A DNA stretch of 64,000 bases from an uncultured Gammaproteobacteria bacterium (GTDB lineage: Bacteria > Patescibacteriota > Microgenomatia > CAZETR01 > Amesbacteraceae). Both the position numbers and the translations under genes were made by a program. Each line of letters opens with the position of its first letter. Position 1 is the stretch's first letter. This document shows, in pieces, positions 21,067 through 29,960 of the stretch. The notes beneath the pieces are model-generated. The model was not told where the DNA came from. It worked only from the letters and a program-made list of their open reading frames with translations, and made no database searches. The DNA lies in the NCBI GenBank assembly GCA_964518565.1, contig CAZFGX010000001.1, positions 734,568 to 798,567 on the forward strand, given 5' to 3'.

Positions 21067-22238
21067 AAGACAAATACGCCTTCCAACAAGTACGCCAATA
21101 CCAGCAGCTCCAAACCAAAATTCACACCAATCGATCCAATACCCATTCTAGCCACTATTTGAACTGTCACAGTAATAATTTTAAGCAAAGGCCAAATCAA
21201 ATAACTTAATATTTGACCTATAGCCGAAAAACAAAGTCCTATAATAGTGATTATCAGTCCAAATTGCATAATAATTGGAACAATCAAACTAATAAACAGA
21301 GTCAAAAATATTGATATCCATGCAAACTGCCCAAAATAATAAGCCAAAATTGGCGCAGTCAAAAATGTGGCCCAAATTCCTACTTGTAGTTCCTGCAAAA
21401 AAATAGATTTTCCAAATCGAAATTCTCCTGCAATCAAAACTCCCAATGTTGCCAAAGCAGATAACTGAAAACTCACATCCGTACTGTAGGCTGGCCGAAA
21501 CAAAATCATTATCACAACAGCCAAATACAACACCCACACCCCCCCAGCTCTTCGACCCAAAAACTGGCCAATAAGTACAAACTCTGCCATCACTGCAGCT
21601 CGAATTATGGGCGGCACCATTCCTGCCAAAAATAGATACAATATATTACAAAATGTAACAAAGTATATCGTTTTTCTTCTTCCAAATAGCTTTTGTCCTA
21701 TTCCCGCAATCACAGCTGAAATTACCGAAAGGTTATAACCCGAGGCTGCAACAATATGCGTTAATCCCACCTGACGAAACAAATCCCGCATATTAGTCGT
21801 CATGGCTGAATTACCACCAAACAAAATCCCCGCACCTAGTCCTCCTTCGTCTGCGGGTAACCAATTTTTCCATAGTCCGATACTAGTTTGCCGAAAATCA
21901 TTCATAACTCTCCAAAACGATATTTCTGGAGAAAAAGCCTTAAAAATGTCTATATGAAGGTCAAAATAAACCTGTCCGTTAGCTATCGATCTTTCTTCTA
22001 GACTGCCAAAAATTTCTACCTCATCGCCAACATAGACATGTTTATCTGCGGGAATAACAATCTTCAACCCATCTACGCGTATAAATGCTCGAAATCTTGA
22101 ATCAGTATAAATATCTCGAACAATTGTATTTATCCGCACTCGTTGTCCAGCCTCATACTTCTGTCTCGTCTGGATTGCCCCAACAATCCTCACCGCACAG
22201 ATACTAGCTAGGAAAAAAACAATAAACCATTTCATCAC
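21042..22238 (-). CDS. comEC: ComEC/Rec2 competence membrane channel domain
   Basis: GLTHIVAASGYN, IIRAAVM, SFQLSALAT; multiple TM helices. Confidence 0.9.
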   Translation of the reverse strand: MMKWFIVFFLASICAVRIVGAIQTRQKYEAGQRVRINTIVRDIYTDSRFRAFIRVDGLKIVIPADKHVYVGDEVEIFGSLEERSIANGQVYFDLHIDIFKAFSPEISFWRVMNDFRQTSIGLWKNWLPADEGGLGAGILFGGNSAMTTNMRDLFRQVGLTHIVAASGYNLSVISAVIAGIGQKLFGRRKTIYFVTFCNILYLFLAGMVPPIIRAAVMAEFVLIGQFLGRRAGGVWVLYLAVVIMILFRPAYSTDVSFQLSALATLGVLIAGEFRFGKSIFLQELQVGIWATFLTAPILAYYFGQFAWISIFLTLFISLIVPIIMQFGLIITIIGLCFSAIGQILSYLIWPLLKIITVTVQIVARMGIGSIGVNFGLELLVLAYLLEGVFVLWLIKKRF

Positions 22239-22807
22239 AAAGTATCGATCTGTTGTTTTATTTGGTCAAAAACTTTTTGTCCCAGGACTTTCTTTTCCAC
22301 CAATTCTTCAATACGCGAATATGGCCTATTTGAAATAATTTTTTCAGCAGTAGAAACACCGACTCCATTCAAATCCTCTAGCTCACTCGCAGAAGCGGAA
22401 TTAATATGCACCATTCGACTTGCTTTTTTCCCAACAGAGACTTGAGTAGCGTCAGACTTTTTTGGAATATACAACTTTATTCCATCTTTAAGTTTCTCAG
22501 TTTTGTTCAAGACTCTATCGATCCAATCTGCATCCACCTCATCAGAAAATCCACCCGCCGCTTCAATAGCATCACCCACTCTGTCCCCATAATGGAAATG
22601 GTACACACCAGGATTTTTTACTGCGCCAGATACATCCACCAAAACATTTCCAACCTCTGTATTAGTGTCGCTAGATTCCCCTAGGACTTGTATCTCAGAT
22701 TCAGCTTGTCCGCCACCTGCACCACTCCAAACTAAAAGCACTCCAACCACCAAAAACAAAATCCCTACTCCACCAATAGCATATACTGCTATTCTTCTAC
22801 GATTCAT
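22235..22807 (-). CDS. comEA: ComEA DNA uptake protein (SLBB + HhH)
   Basis: VDVSGAVKNPGVY, AAGG, INSASASEL..L.GVG..TAEKII. Confidence 0.92.
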   Translation of the reverse strand: MNRRRIAVYAIGGVGILFLVVGVLLVWSGAGGGQAESEIQVLGESSDTNTEVGNVLVDVSGAVKNPGVYHFHYGDRVGDAIEAAGGFSDEVDADWIDRVLNKTEKLKDGIKLYIPKKSDATQVSVGKKASRMVHINSASASELEDLNGVGVSTAEKIISNRPYSRIEELVEKKVLGQKVFDQIKQQIDTL

Positions 22808-25197
22808 CCTGTAATAAAGTTAATCACTCTTCCTGGCACAAACACAACCCTCTGTACCTCTCCATTCAAAAATTTTGCTACATTTTCCTGTTCTCTCGCT
22901 ATTGATTCTACGAGTGATTGTTGGGCACCAGCATCAGCTTGCATGTCCAAAACCGCCCGCAATTTACCGTTCACTTGCACACTAATTTTTACTTGTTCAA
23001 CCATCTGCAGGTTTTTTGTTACCGCAGGCCAATCAGTCTTATGAATCGAATTAAAATTCCCAGACGACCCATACAAAAGACTATGCAACTCTTCAGTAAT
23101 AAACGGCGCTAACGGAGCCAATGTTTGCAAAAATACCAACACCATATCCTTGCCCACTGCTAATTTGTTCTCTGTCCAAAAGTTAACCAATTCCATCAGT
23201 GTCGACACAGCAGTGTTAAATTTCATAGCTTCAATGTCTCCTGCCACTTTTGTACTGGCCTTAAAAAATCGCGCCTGAATCAATTCCAAACTCTCGGCTT
23301 TCGCCTCCCGAGATTCACAGCTTAACAGCCAAACCCGCTTCAAAAATCGGTATACCCCCTCAAAAGATTCCCAATTCCACGCAGCAATCTGATCAAATGG
23401 TCCAATAAACATTTCGTAAAGCCTTAGAGCATCTGCTCCATATTTAGCTATTACCTCATCTGGATTTATGACATTCCCCTTACTTTTACTCATCCGTTTC
23501 CCATCTGGACCCAAGATCACTCCATGAGAGGTTCGCTTTGCATACGGTTCAGCCGTAGGCACTACACCTAAGTCATACAAAAACTTATGCCAAAACCGCG
23601 AATACAACAAATGCAAAGTCGTATGTTCCATTCCGCCGTTGTACCAATCTACAGGCAACCAATATTTCAGCTTTTCCGGTGATGCTATCGAAATGTTACA
23701 TTGTGGATCAATATATCTCAAAAAGTACCAGGAAGACCCTGCCCAATTAGGCATAGTATCAGTCTCTCTTTTGGCTAGACCTCCACATTCTGGACAAGTT
23801 GTGTTCACCCACTCAGTCATTACAGCGAGTGGCGACTCGCCAGTATCAGTCGGCTGGTACTTCTCTACTTCAGGCAATCTTACTGGCAATTGATCTTCGG
23901 GAACAGTCTGCCATTTAGCACATTTCCCACACCACACCATTGGAATCGGCTCCCCCCAGTAATGTTGTCTGGAAAAGATCCAATCTCGCAAATGATAGTG
24001 CACCATCTTCTCCCCCAATCCATCAACAACCATAGCAACCATTGCTTCTTGCCAATCCATACCAGAATATTTTCCAGAATCAACCAACACGCCCTCTTCA
24101 TTAACCACTATCTTGACTGTCAAACCATGCTTAGTGGCAAAAGCCATATCTCTATCATCATGTGCAGGCACACCCATGACCACCCCAGTCCCCACTCCTT
24201 TTAGTACATAATCTGCCACCCATACAGATATTTGCTCCCCATTTGCCGGATTCACTGCAACCAAATCAGTCCTCACACCTGTTTTTGCTTTTTCAGTTTT
24301 TTTTCTTTCTTCTTCAGAGGTATTTACGGATTTATCGACATACGTTAACACCTCTTTGTTTGGCTTCCAACCCATCTCCATCCACTCAGCTGCTACTTCA
24401 GGCGCCACAACTAAAAAGGTTACCCCATAAACTGTATCAATCCGTGTCGTAAATACTTCAGATTGCACACTAAATTGATCATTTTGTATCACAAATTGTA
24501 GTTTCGCACCATCCTTTTTTCCAATCCAGTTCGCTTGTTGTTGTTTAATATCGGATCGATAATCTACTGTATCCAAGTCTTGCAGCAATCGATCGGCATA
24601 TTCTGTAATTTTTAATAACCACTGACTTTGAGTTCTTCGTTCCACAGCTGTTCCCTCTCGTTCACATTTTCCATCAATTACTTCCTCATCCGCCAAATTT
24701 ATTTTGCAACTAGGACACCAGTTTACAGCAATTTCTTTTTTATAAGCCAAGCCCTTTTTATATAACTGTATAAAGATCCACTGAGTCCAGCGATAGTAAT
24801 CTGGATCAGTAGTATTTACTTCTCTACCCCAGTCAAATGATAACCCCCACGATTTTGCCTGAGCCTTTGCATTTTCAATATTTTTTTTAGTCGTAATGCT
24901 CGGATGTATTCCCGTCTTAATCGCATAGTTCTCAGCCGGTAGGCCAAAGGCATCCCATCCCATAGGATACATAACATTCATTCCCTTCATCCGACGCAAA
25001 CGTGCAACTGCATCCATACATGAGTAAGATCTCGCATGTCCTACATGCAAACGTTCCCCAGATGGATAAGGAAATTCTACCAACAAATAAGATTTTGGCT
25101 TCGAATCATGGTCGACTGCCTTATATAGCCCACTCTCTTCCCAAGTTGATATCCATTTACTTTCGAAACTACTAGGCACAAATTCTGGAATTGTCAT
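22804..25197 (-). CDS. leuS: Leucine--tRNA ligase
   Basis: FPYPSG..HVGH, GWDAFGLPAEN, GTGVVMGVPAHD, RMSKS. Confidence 0.97.
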   Translation of the reverse strand: MTIPEFVPSSFESKWISTWEESGLYKAVDHDSKPKSYLLVEFPYPSGERLHVGHARSYSCMDAVARLRRMKGMNVMYPMGWDAFGLPAENYAIKTGIHPSITTKKNIENAKAQAKSWGLSFDWGREVNTTDPDYYRWTQWIFIQLYKKGLAYKKEIAVNWCPSCKINLADEEVIDGKCEREGTAVERRTQSQWLLKITEYADRLLQDLDTVDYRSDIKQQQANWIGKKDGAKLQFVIQNDQFSVQSEVFTTRIDTVYGVTFLVVAPEVAAEWMEMGWKPNKEVLTYVDKSVNTSEEERKKTEKAKTGVRTDLVAVNPANGEQISVWVADYVLKGVGTGVVMGVPAHDDRDMAFATKHGLTVKIVVNEEGVLVDSGKYSGMDWQEAMVAMVVDGLGEKMVHYHLRDWIFSRQHYWGEPIPMVWCGKCAKWQTVPEDQLPVRLPEVEKYQPTDTGESPLAVMTEWVNTTCPECGGLAKRETDTMPNWAGSSWYFLRYIDPQCNISIASPEKLKYWLPVDWYNGGMEHTTLHLLYSRFWHKFLYDLGVVPTAEPYAKRTSHGVILGPDGKRMSKSKGNVINPDEVIAKYGADALRLYEMFIGPFDQIAAWNWESFEGVYRFLKRVWLLSCESREAKAESLELIQARFFKASTKVAGDIEAMKFNTAVSTLMELVNFWTENKLAVGKDMVLVFLQTLAPLAPFITEELHSLLYGSSGNFNSIHKTDWPAVTKNLQMVEQVKISVQVNGKLRAVLDMQADAGAQQSLVESIAREQENVAKFLNGEVQRVVFVPGRVINFITG

Positions 25198-25291
25198 ACC
25201 TAATTATACCCAACGAACTATATGTCGTAAACCAGATCCTGCCGTTAAAAGGCCGTACAGCGGGTCGATAATTTTTATACATTTGAACAAA

Positions 25292-25978
25292 TTATTTGTT
25301 CAAGTCATCCAAAACCACAGAATTTAACCGTTCGTCGCCTTCTATCCGACCATGATCAATGAACATTTTATACTCCTGTACGGAAAAATCGCCTAAGAAA
25401 ATATTTACCCATTTATCACCATTTATACCTATATATTGCGAATAGCTGCTATATAAATAATCATCAGGTCTAGTAGCACTCACCGTTTCTACTGGACCAA
25501 AACGACGAACTGTTCGGGACACGGGAACCAGATGGATGAATTTTGTCAAAGTCACAACCAAATCCTCGTCTACATGTCGCCCACGATACGCACTTTCAAA
25601 CAAACTTCCTCGTCGTTTGTACTTTTTATTAAAATACATGACATAAGCAGTAATCACCCGACGCATACACTTTACAATTCCATCAACACTTTCTTGCCGT
25701 AACAACAAATGAAACCTATTGGGCAATAAACAGTATGCGACGACTTGGACGTCTCCCGTCAAATTCATGGATTGTTTTTTTGCAGCCAAAGAAGGTTTCA
25801 GAGTTTTATAACCTATCGCCGTTTTATCTTCAAATCGAGTTGTATAACGTCGCAATAAACCTACAAAAAAATCATAATCTCCAGATTCCACAAAAATATC
25901 CCTACTATCGATACCCTTGTTATATATATAATAGTATGTCTGAGTCTTATAAATCTTTTTTCGAAATTTTACAGGCAC
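25292..25978 (-). CDS. REP-associated tyrosine transposase (RAYT / IS200-like Y1) homologue with substituted catalytic residues
   Basis: YYIYNKG, AYCLLPNRFHLLLRQ, YVMYFNKKYKRRGSLFES, KFIHLVP, YLYSSY. Start probably GTG (MPVKFRKK). Confidence 0.8.
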   Translation of the reverse strand: MPVKFRKKIYKTQTYYYIYNKGIDSRDIFVESGDYDFFVGLLRRYTTRFEDKTAIGYKTLKPSLAAKKQSMNLTGDVQVVAYCLLPNRFHLLLRQESVDGIVKCMRRVITAYVMYFNKKYKRRGSLFESAYRGRHVDEDLVVTLTKFIHLVPVSRTVRRFGPVETVSATRPDDYLYSSYSQYIGINGDKWVNIFLGDFSVQEYKMFIDHGRIEGDERLNSVVLDDLNK

Positions 25979-25994
25979 AGAACTCAAAATATCA

Positions 25995-26028
25995 CAGGTC
26001 AGACCTGGTACGCAATAGGTCAGACCTA
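25995..26028. repeat. Two REP-like palindromes with AGGTC-A-GACCT core upstream of the RAYT
   Basis: CAGGTCAGACCTG at 25995-26007 and TAGGTCAGACCTA at 26016-26028. Confidence 0.7.
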
Positions 26029-26083
26029 ATCCAAATTAGTGTCTTGACCTAAATATTCAAATACATATATAAATGTATGAAAC

Positions 26084-28168
26084 ATGAAATTAGCAGCAAC
26101 TACACAAAAAATAAATTACTACCTATCGCTCGTAGTAATGTTTGCCACTCCACTTCTTTTCTTACCTACAACTTCAGAATTTTACGAGATGAACAAACAG
26201 GCACTACTTATTATAGTTGCACTCGTATCATTTGTTTTATGGTCAATATCATTCATTAGTGAACGACAAGTTAAAATCGTCCGCAGCCCACTTGGACTGC
26301 CTGTCATTGGTCTAGTAGTTAGTTGGACCATATCTGCATTTCTAAAATCCCCTAACAAATTTGATGCCTTGTTTGATCCAAATCAACTGGGCACTATTGC
26401 GGGTCTTGGATTACTATTTTTTACTGCCATCAATTCATTTCGAGCCAAAAAACAAGTTGAAACAGCAGTCGGCACAATAGTCGCCTCAATTGCATTATTG
26501 GCAGCCACTACCTTGCTTTGGGCATCCAATCTTATGCCCAAAGTTCTTCCTGCCAGTTTCCTGCAAAGTCCTATCTGGACTCCTACAGGCAACTCGATTA
26601 GTACACTTGCACTACTGGTTTTATTTGCCGTCTTTATGGCTATCCTTATCATCAAAGGCCGAACTCAATTCGCAGCTGCCAAAGTCACTATGATATCAGT
26701 AGTCTTGGCTATTACTGTAGGTGCAGCTGGATTATTGACCTACCAACTCTTTTTCAATCCATCTCTAGCTCGACCAGTTTTCTTGAGCCAATCTGCCAGC
26801 TGGTCAATCGCACTCGAAGCATTAAAAACCTCTCCAATTTTCGGTACTGGTCCAGCCACGTATCTTTCAGACTTCACCAGTTTCCGCCCTATCAGCTACA
26901 ACCTAACCAACAACTGGGCCATCCGCTTTGCCTCTAGCTCAAATTATTATCTACAATTACTCTCAACCGTTGGCATACTCGGATTCGCCGCTTACGTACT
27001 CATCGCTGTTCGCACCACCAAACTCTTTAGTAAATCGTTCAAGACATCATCAGAATCACCCTTGCATGCTATTGCCATTGCATCCTCGTCTACAGCTCTG
27101 CTAGCCTTTGTTGGTCAACTCTTTATCCCAGTCAGCTTTGTATACTTGGCCACCATTTTCTTTCTATTAATCATCACCACCACCACATTTAAACAACTCG
27201 GATCTTCCTTAGTTCACGATGCCAATATCGACATCGTGGCTGCGAGTGAAACCGGAGGTAAATCACCCATCCTCCCATGGGTTAGCCTAGTCTTCTCCCT
27301 CATCCTTCTCGCACCCACCCTATACTTCGGCGGTCGACTCTATACAGCTGAAATGCTCTTCCAAAAGTCTTTGATGTCAGCCAGCACAAATGACGGCAAA
27401 GCCACTTACGACACTCTTATCAAGGCGATCAATATCTTCCCCTACAAAGACTCTTACCGCGTAGCCTATTCAAATGTAAACCTCTTATTAGCCAATTCCA
27501 TCGCTGCCAGTAAAAAAGATCTATCTGCTGATGATAAAAACACAGTTACCCAGCTCATCCAACAAGCTATCCGTGAAGCCAAAAACGCAGTTGCTCTGAA
27601 CCCCAATAAGGTAACCAATGTTGAAAACCTGGCTGGAGTCTATCGCCAGCTACTCACCCTCGCCAAGGGTGCAGATTCTTGGACAGTAGCTTCCTACCAA
27701 CGTGCCATCCAACTAGATCCTAGCAACCCAAATCTACGCATCGCCCTAGGTGGAGTTCTATACTCCCTCAAGAGTTATGACGAAGCTATCCGCATGTTCC
27801 AATCTGCCGCCGACCTAAAGCCAGACTTGGCCAACGCATACTACAATATTGCGGCTGCATACAAAGAAAAAGCCGATTACGCCCGAGCCTATGCTAACCT
27901 CCAAACTGTCGTCAGCTTGGTAAACAAAGATTCAGCCGATTACACCAAAGCCCTAGCAGAACTAGAAGAATTAAAGTCTAAAGTAAATGACAAGGCTTCC
28001 ACCTCATCAGCTCAAGAACCAGCCAAGACGAATCTCAACAAACCTGAACCTCTTCCTACATCCAAAGCTCAAATCCAGCTCCCAGCTGACCTAGGTCCAG
28101 ATACCACCATTACTCCTACTCCATCAGAAACCCCAAAAACTAGCATCACTCCAGCTCCTACTCGATAA
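26084..28168 (+). CDS. Polytopic membrane protein, O-antigen-ligase-like domain plus TPR repeats
   Basis: About 12 TM helices; W.IALEALK..PIFGTGPATY; C-terminal TPRs (YQRAIQLDPSNP, ANAYYNIA). Confidence 0.8.
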   Translation: MKLAATTQKINYYLSLVVMFATPLLFLPTTSEFYEMNKQALLIIVALVSFVLWSISFISERQVKIVRSPLGLPVIGLVVSWTISAFLKSPNKFDALFDPNQLGTIAGLGLLFFTAINSFRAKKQVETAVGTIVASIALLAATTLLWASNLMPKVLPASFLQSPIWTPTGNSISTLALLVLFAVFMAILIIKGRTQFAAAKVTMISVVLAITVGAAGLLTYQLFFNPSLARPVFLSQSASWSIALEALKTSPIFGTGPATYLSDFTSFRPISYNLTNNWAIRFASSSNYYLQLLSTVGILGFAAYVLIAVRTTKLFSKSFKTSSESPLHAIAIASSSTALLAFVGQLFIPVSFVYLATIFFLLIITTTTFKQLGSSLVHDANIDIVAASETGGKSPILPWVSLVFSLILLAPTLYFGGRLYTAEMLFQKSLMSASTNDGKATYDTLIKAINIFPYKDSYRVAYSNVNLLLANSIAASKKDLSADDKNTVTQLIQQAIREAKNAVALNPNKVTNVENLAGVYRQLLTLAKGADSWTVASYQRAIQLDPSNPNLRIALGGVLYSLKSYDEAIRMFQSAADLKPDLANAYYNIAAAYKEKADYARAYANLQTVVSLVNKDSADYTKALAELEELKSKVNDKASTSSAQEPAKTNLNKPEPLPTSKAQIQLPADLGPDTTITPTPSETPKTSITPAPTR

Positions 28169-28196
28169 TCTCCGGTTTGTTAAAATAATCTTAATT

Positions 28197-28267
28197 GGGC
28201 CATTAGCATAGTAGTAGTGCGCCGCATTCGCATTGCGGATACGGGGGTGCGATCCCCCCATGGTCCA
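28197..28267 (+). tRNA. tRNA-Ala(CGC)
   Basis: Acceptor GGGCCAT/ATGGTCC with G3:U70, discriminator A. Anticodon arm CCGCA-TT-CGC-AT-TGCGG. T-arm with non-canonical TGCGA loop. CCA not encoded. Confidence 0.88.
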
Positions 28268-28336
28268 CCGAGTCTGCGAGCTGGATCATAGAGGAAATCA
28301 TAAAGATATTGATTTCCGATATGGTCCGATCAAATT

Positions 28337-28588
28337 ATGAAAAAACAAATATCTACGTCTCGACTAATTATTTTTTCCACCGGACTAACGTTTATGCTCT
28401 GGTTTACCTGGAGCTTCTTCACTCCATGTAACACCCACGCCCAATTTGGTCTAACCAAAGAATATAAATGTAAATGCTTAGGAATGGTAACTCAAAACAT
28501 AAAATATCATTACGAAGATCCAGGATTCGAAGCGTGTATAGGTCTAATCGTGTATCGATATGTAAGTTACGATCCCCATCGAAACTGA
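28337..28588 (+). CDS. Small membrane-anchored Cys-containing hypothetical protein
   Basis: 83 aa with N-terminal TM and four Cys including CKC; lies between the two tRNAs. Confidence 0.55.
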   Translation: MKKQISTSRLIIFSTGLTFMLWFTWSFFTPCNTHAQFGLTKEYKCKCLGMVTQNIKYHYEDPGFEACIGLIVYRYVSYDPHRN

Positions 28589-28605
28589 TATAATATTGCT
28601 GTCTC

Positions 28606-28676
28606 GGGCCCGTAGTTCACCGGTAGAATAACTCAATGGCATTGAGTAGAAAGGGGTTCAATTCCCCTCGGGTCCA
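28606..28676 (+). tRNA. tRNA-Ala(GGC)
   Basis: Acceptor GGGCCCG/CGGGTCC with G3:U70. Anticodon arm ACTCA-AT-GGC-AT-TGAGT with the A32/U38 typical of Ala-GGC. GGTTCAATTCC T-loop. CCA not encoded. Confidence 0.92.
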
Positions 28677-28739
28677 CATAAATTTTCCCAATACAAGCGT
28701 CTTCACGAAAACCAAATTAACAAAAAAGTGTATGAGTAG

Positions 28740-29210
28740 TTACTTCATTACTTTTGGAAGAATAATAAAACCAGCTTTTTCATATATAGGAACTGGAAAA
28801 TGTCTAGCATTTGAAGATAAAATAAACGTTTGACCGACGGATGATTTCAAATGAGCTCCCAAATAAAGATCCTCAGGTTCTGGATGGCAATTAACTTCGT
28901 GTAGCTGTCGCTGAAGATCAAGAGCCTTTTCGTTAATCATTCTTTCTTGGTGACCAACATTTACAAATTTATGCCTGTCTAAAAAACCCTGCCTTCTTAC
29001 CCGTTGAGCCAAATCACTCCCTCGAAGAATCTCTAAATAGATAGGTAAAATTAAACAAGGAATAGCCCCTAAACTTGTAATAGCGGTCATTTCTTCATCA
29101 GCCTGAAAATCCACAAAAGAATTAATAGTACACGCATCAAAAAAAATGTGACTAATTTTCAGTTTATCCAACTTGATATCGACCCATCTAATTTGAGGTT
29201 TTGGATTCAT
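28740..29210 (-). CDS. PIN-domain (VapC-like) protein
   Basis: IFFDAC, YLEILRG, PEDLYLGA, LSSNARHF acidic-residue pattern. Start uncertain (29210 ATG or 29171 TTG). Confidence 0.6.
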   Translation of the reverse strand: MNPKPQIRWVDIKLDKLKISHIFFDACTINSFVDFQADEEMTAITSLGAIPCLILPIYLEILRGSDLAQRVRRQGFLDRHKFVNVGHQERMINEKALDLQRQLHEVNCHPEPEDLYLGAHLKSSVGQTFILSSNARHFPVPIYEKAGFIILPKVMK

Positions 29211-29505
29211 ATTCAACGAGAAGTTGCTCCAATTTTTTATGGAATTCATCAGAAAAATTTCTTGTAATTTCAACTTTATGGTTCTCTTTTTGCCATTTAT
29301 TCTGCTCAGAGGCCAAAAATGTTGAAAGAATGTTAAAAAAGTTTTCTGCTGCTTTTGGATTATCAGCCATCATTTGATAACCTTGGTTTGATAAAAGAAA
29401 CTTTTGAATTTGATCTGCCAATTTACGAGGATCACTTGTAGATACTATTTGCTCAAACTTAATACGAGGAATAGAAGAATTTAATATTTGAAAAAGATCA
29501 ATCAC
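29188..29505 (-). CDS. Hypothetical helical protein, possible partner of the PIN protein
   Basis: GTG start 6 nt after TATACT; overlaps or abuts the start of the PIN gene. Confidence 0.5.
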   Translation of the reverse strand: MIDLFQILNSSIPRIKFEQIVSTSDPRKLADQIQKFLLSNQGYQMMADNPKAAENFFNILSTFLASEQNKWQKENHKVEITRNFSDEFHKKLEQLLVEYESKTSN

Positions 29506-29534
29506 AAAAAAAGTATACCATGCGAATCCCATAC

Positions 29535-29562
29535 AAAAACCCCGCCTTTCAGCGGGGTTTTT
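29535..29562. terminator. Intrinsic terminator, bidirectional type
   Basis: AAAAACCCCGC-CTTTCA-GCGGGGTTTTT, just downstream of the zinc-ribbon gene. Confidence 0.85.
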
Positions 29563-29581
29563 TAAAAGATACAAACAAAAC

Positions 29582-29857
29582 TTAGTTTTGTTTACTCTTT
29601 TTGAAACAGTCACCACAAAGAACTGGTCGACCTTCCTTAGGCTGAAAATTGACGGTGTCTTGTTTACCACAATTACTACACGTGATTGTGTACTGTTGAC
29701 CACCACCAGATCTCATTTCAGTCTTTTTCTTTGCCCGACAATCGGGACAACGACTTGGAGGGTTAGTAAAACCTTTTTCTTGATAGAACTGTTGTTCACC
29801 TGCGGTCCATGTGAATGTGTTTCCGCAGTCTTTACATGTGAGGGTTTGATCTTGCAC
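29582..29857 (-). CDS. Zinc-ribbon protein (zf-trcl + CxxC-x17-CxxC)
   Basis: DQTLTCKDCG..FTWTAGEQQFYQEKGFTNPPSRCPDCR..CSNCG..FQPKEGRPVLCGDC; SD-like AAGGCGGTGA before the GTG. Confidence 0.9.
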   Translation of the reverse strand: MQDQTLTCKDCGNTFTWTAGEQQFYQEKGFTNPPSRCPDCRAKKKTEMRSGGGQQYTITCSNCGKQDTVNFQPKEGRPVLCGDCFKKSKQN

Positions 29858-29960
29858 GTATATCACCGCCTTCTGGCTTGAATTCCCGTTGGTCTTGTAT
29901 CTCCTGGGAATAAATGCCAGAAGCAAAGGATACCTGGGTTATACCCTATATTATAGCACG

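Noticed and set aside
28636-28833. 65-aa ORF
   Set aside because: It starts inside tRNA-Ala(GGC) and overlaps the PIN gene antisense.
29506-29706. N-terminal extension of ORF 29188-29706
   Set aside because: It overlaps the zinc-ribbon gene and its terminator; a GTG start at 29505 with a -10 element fits better.
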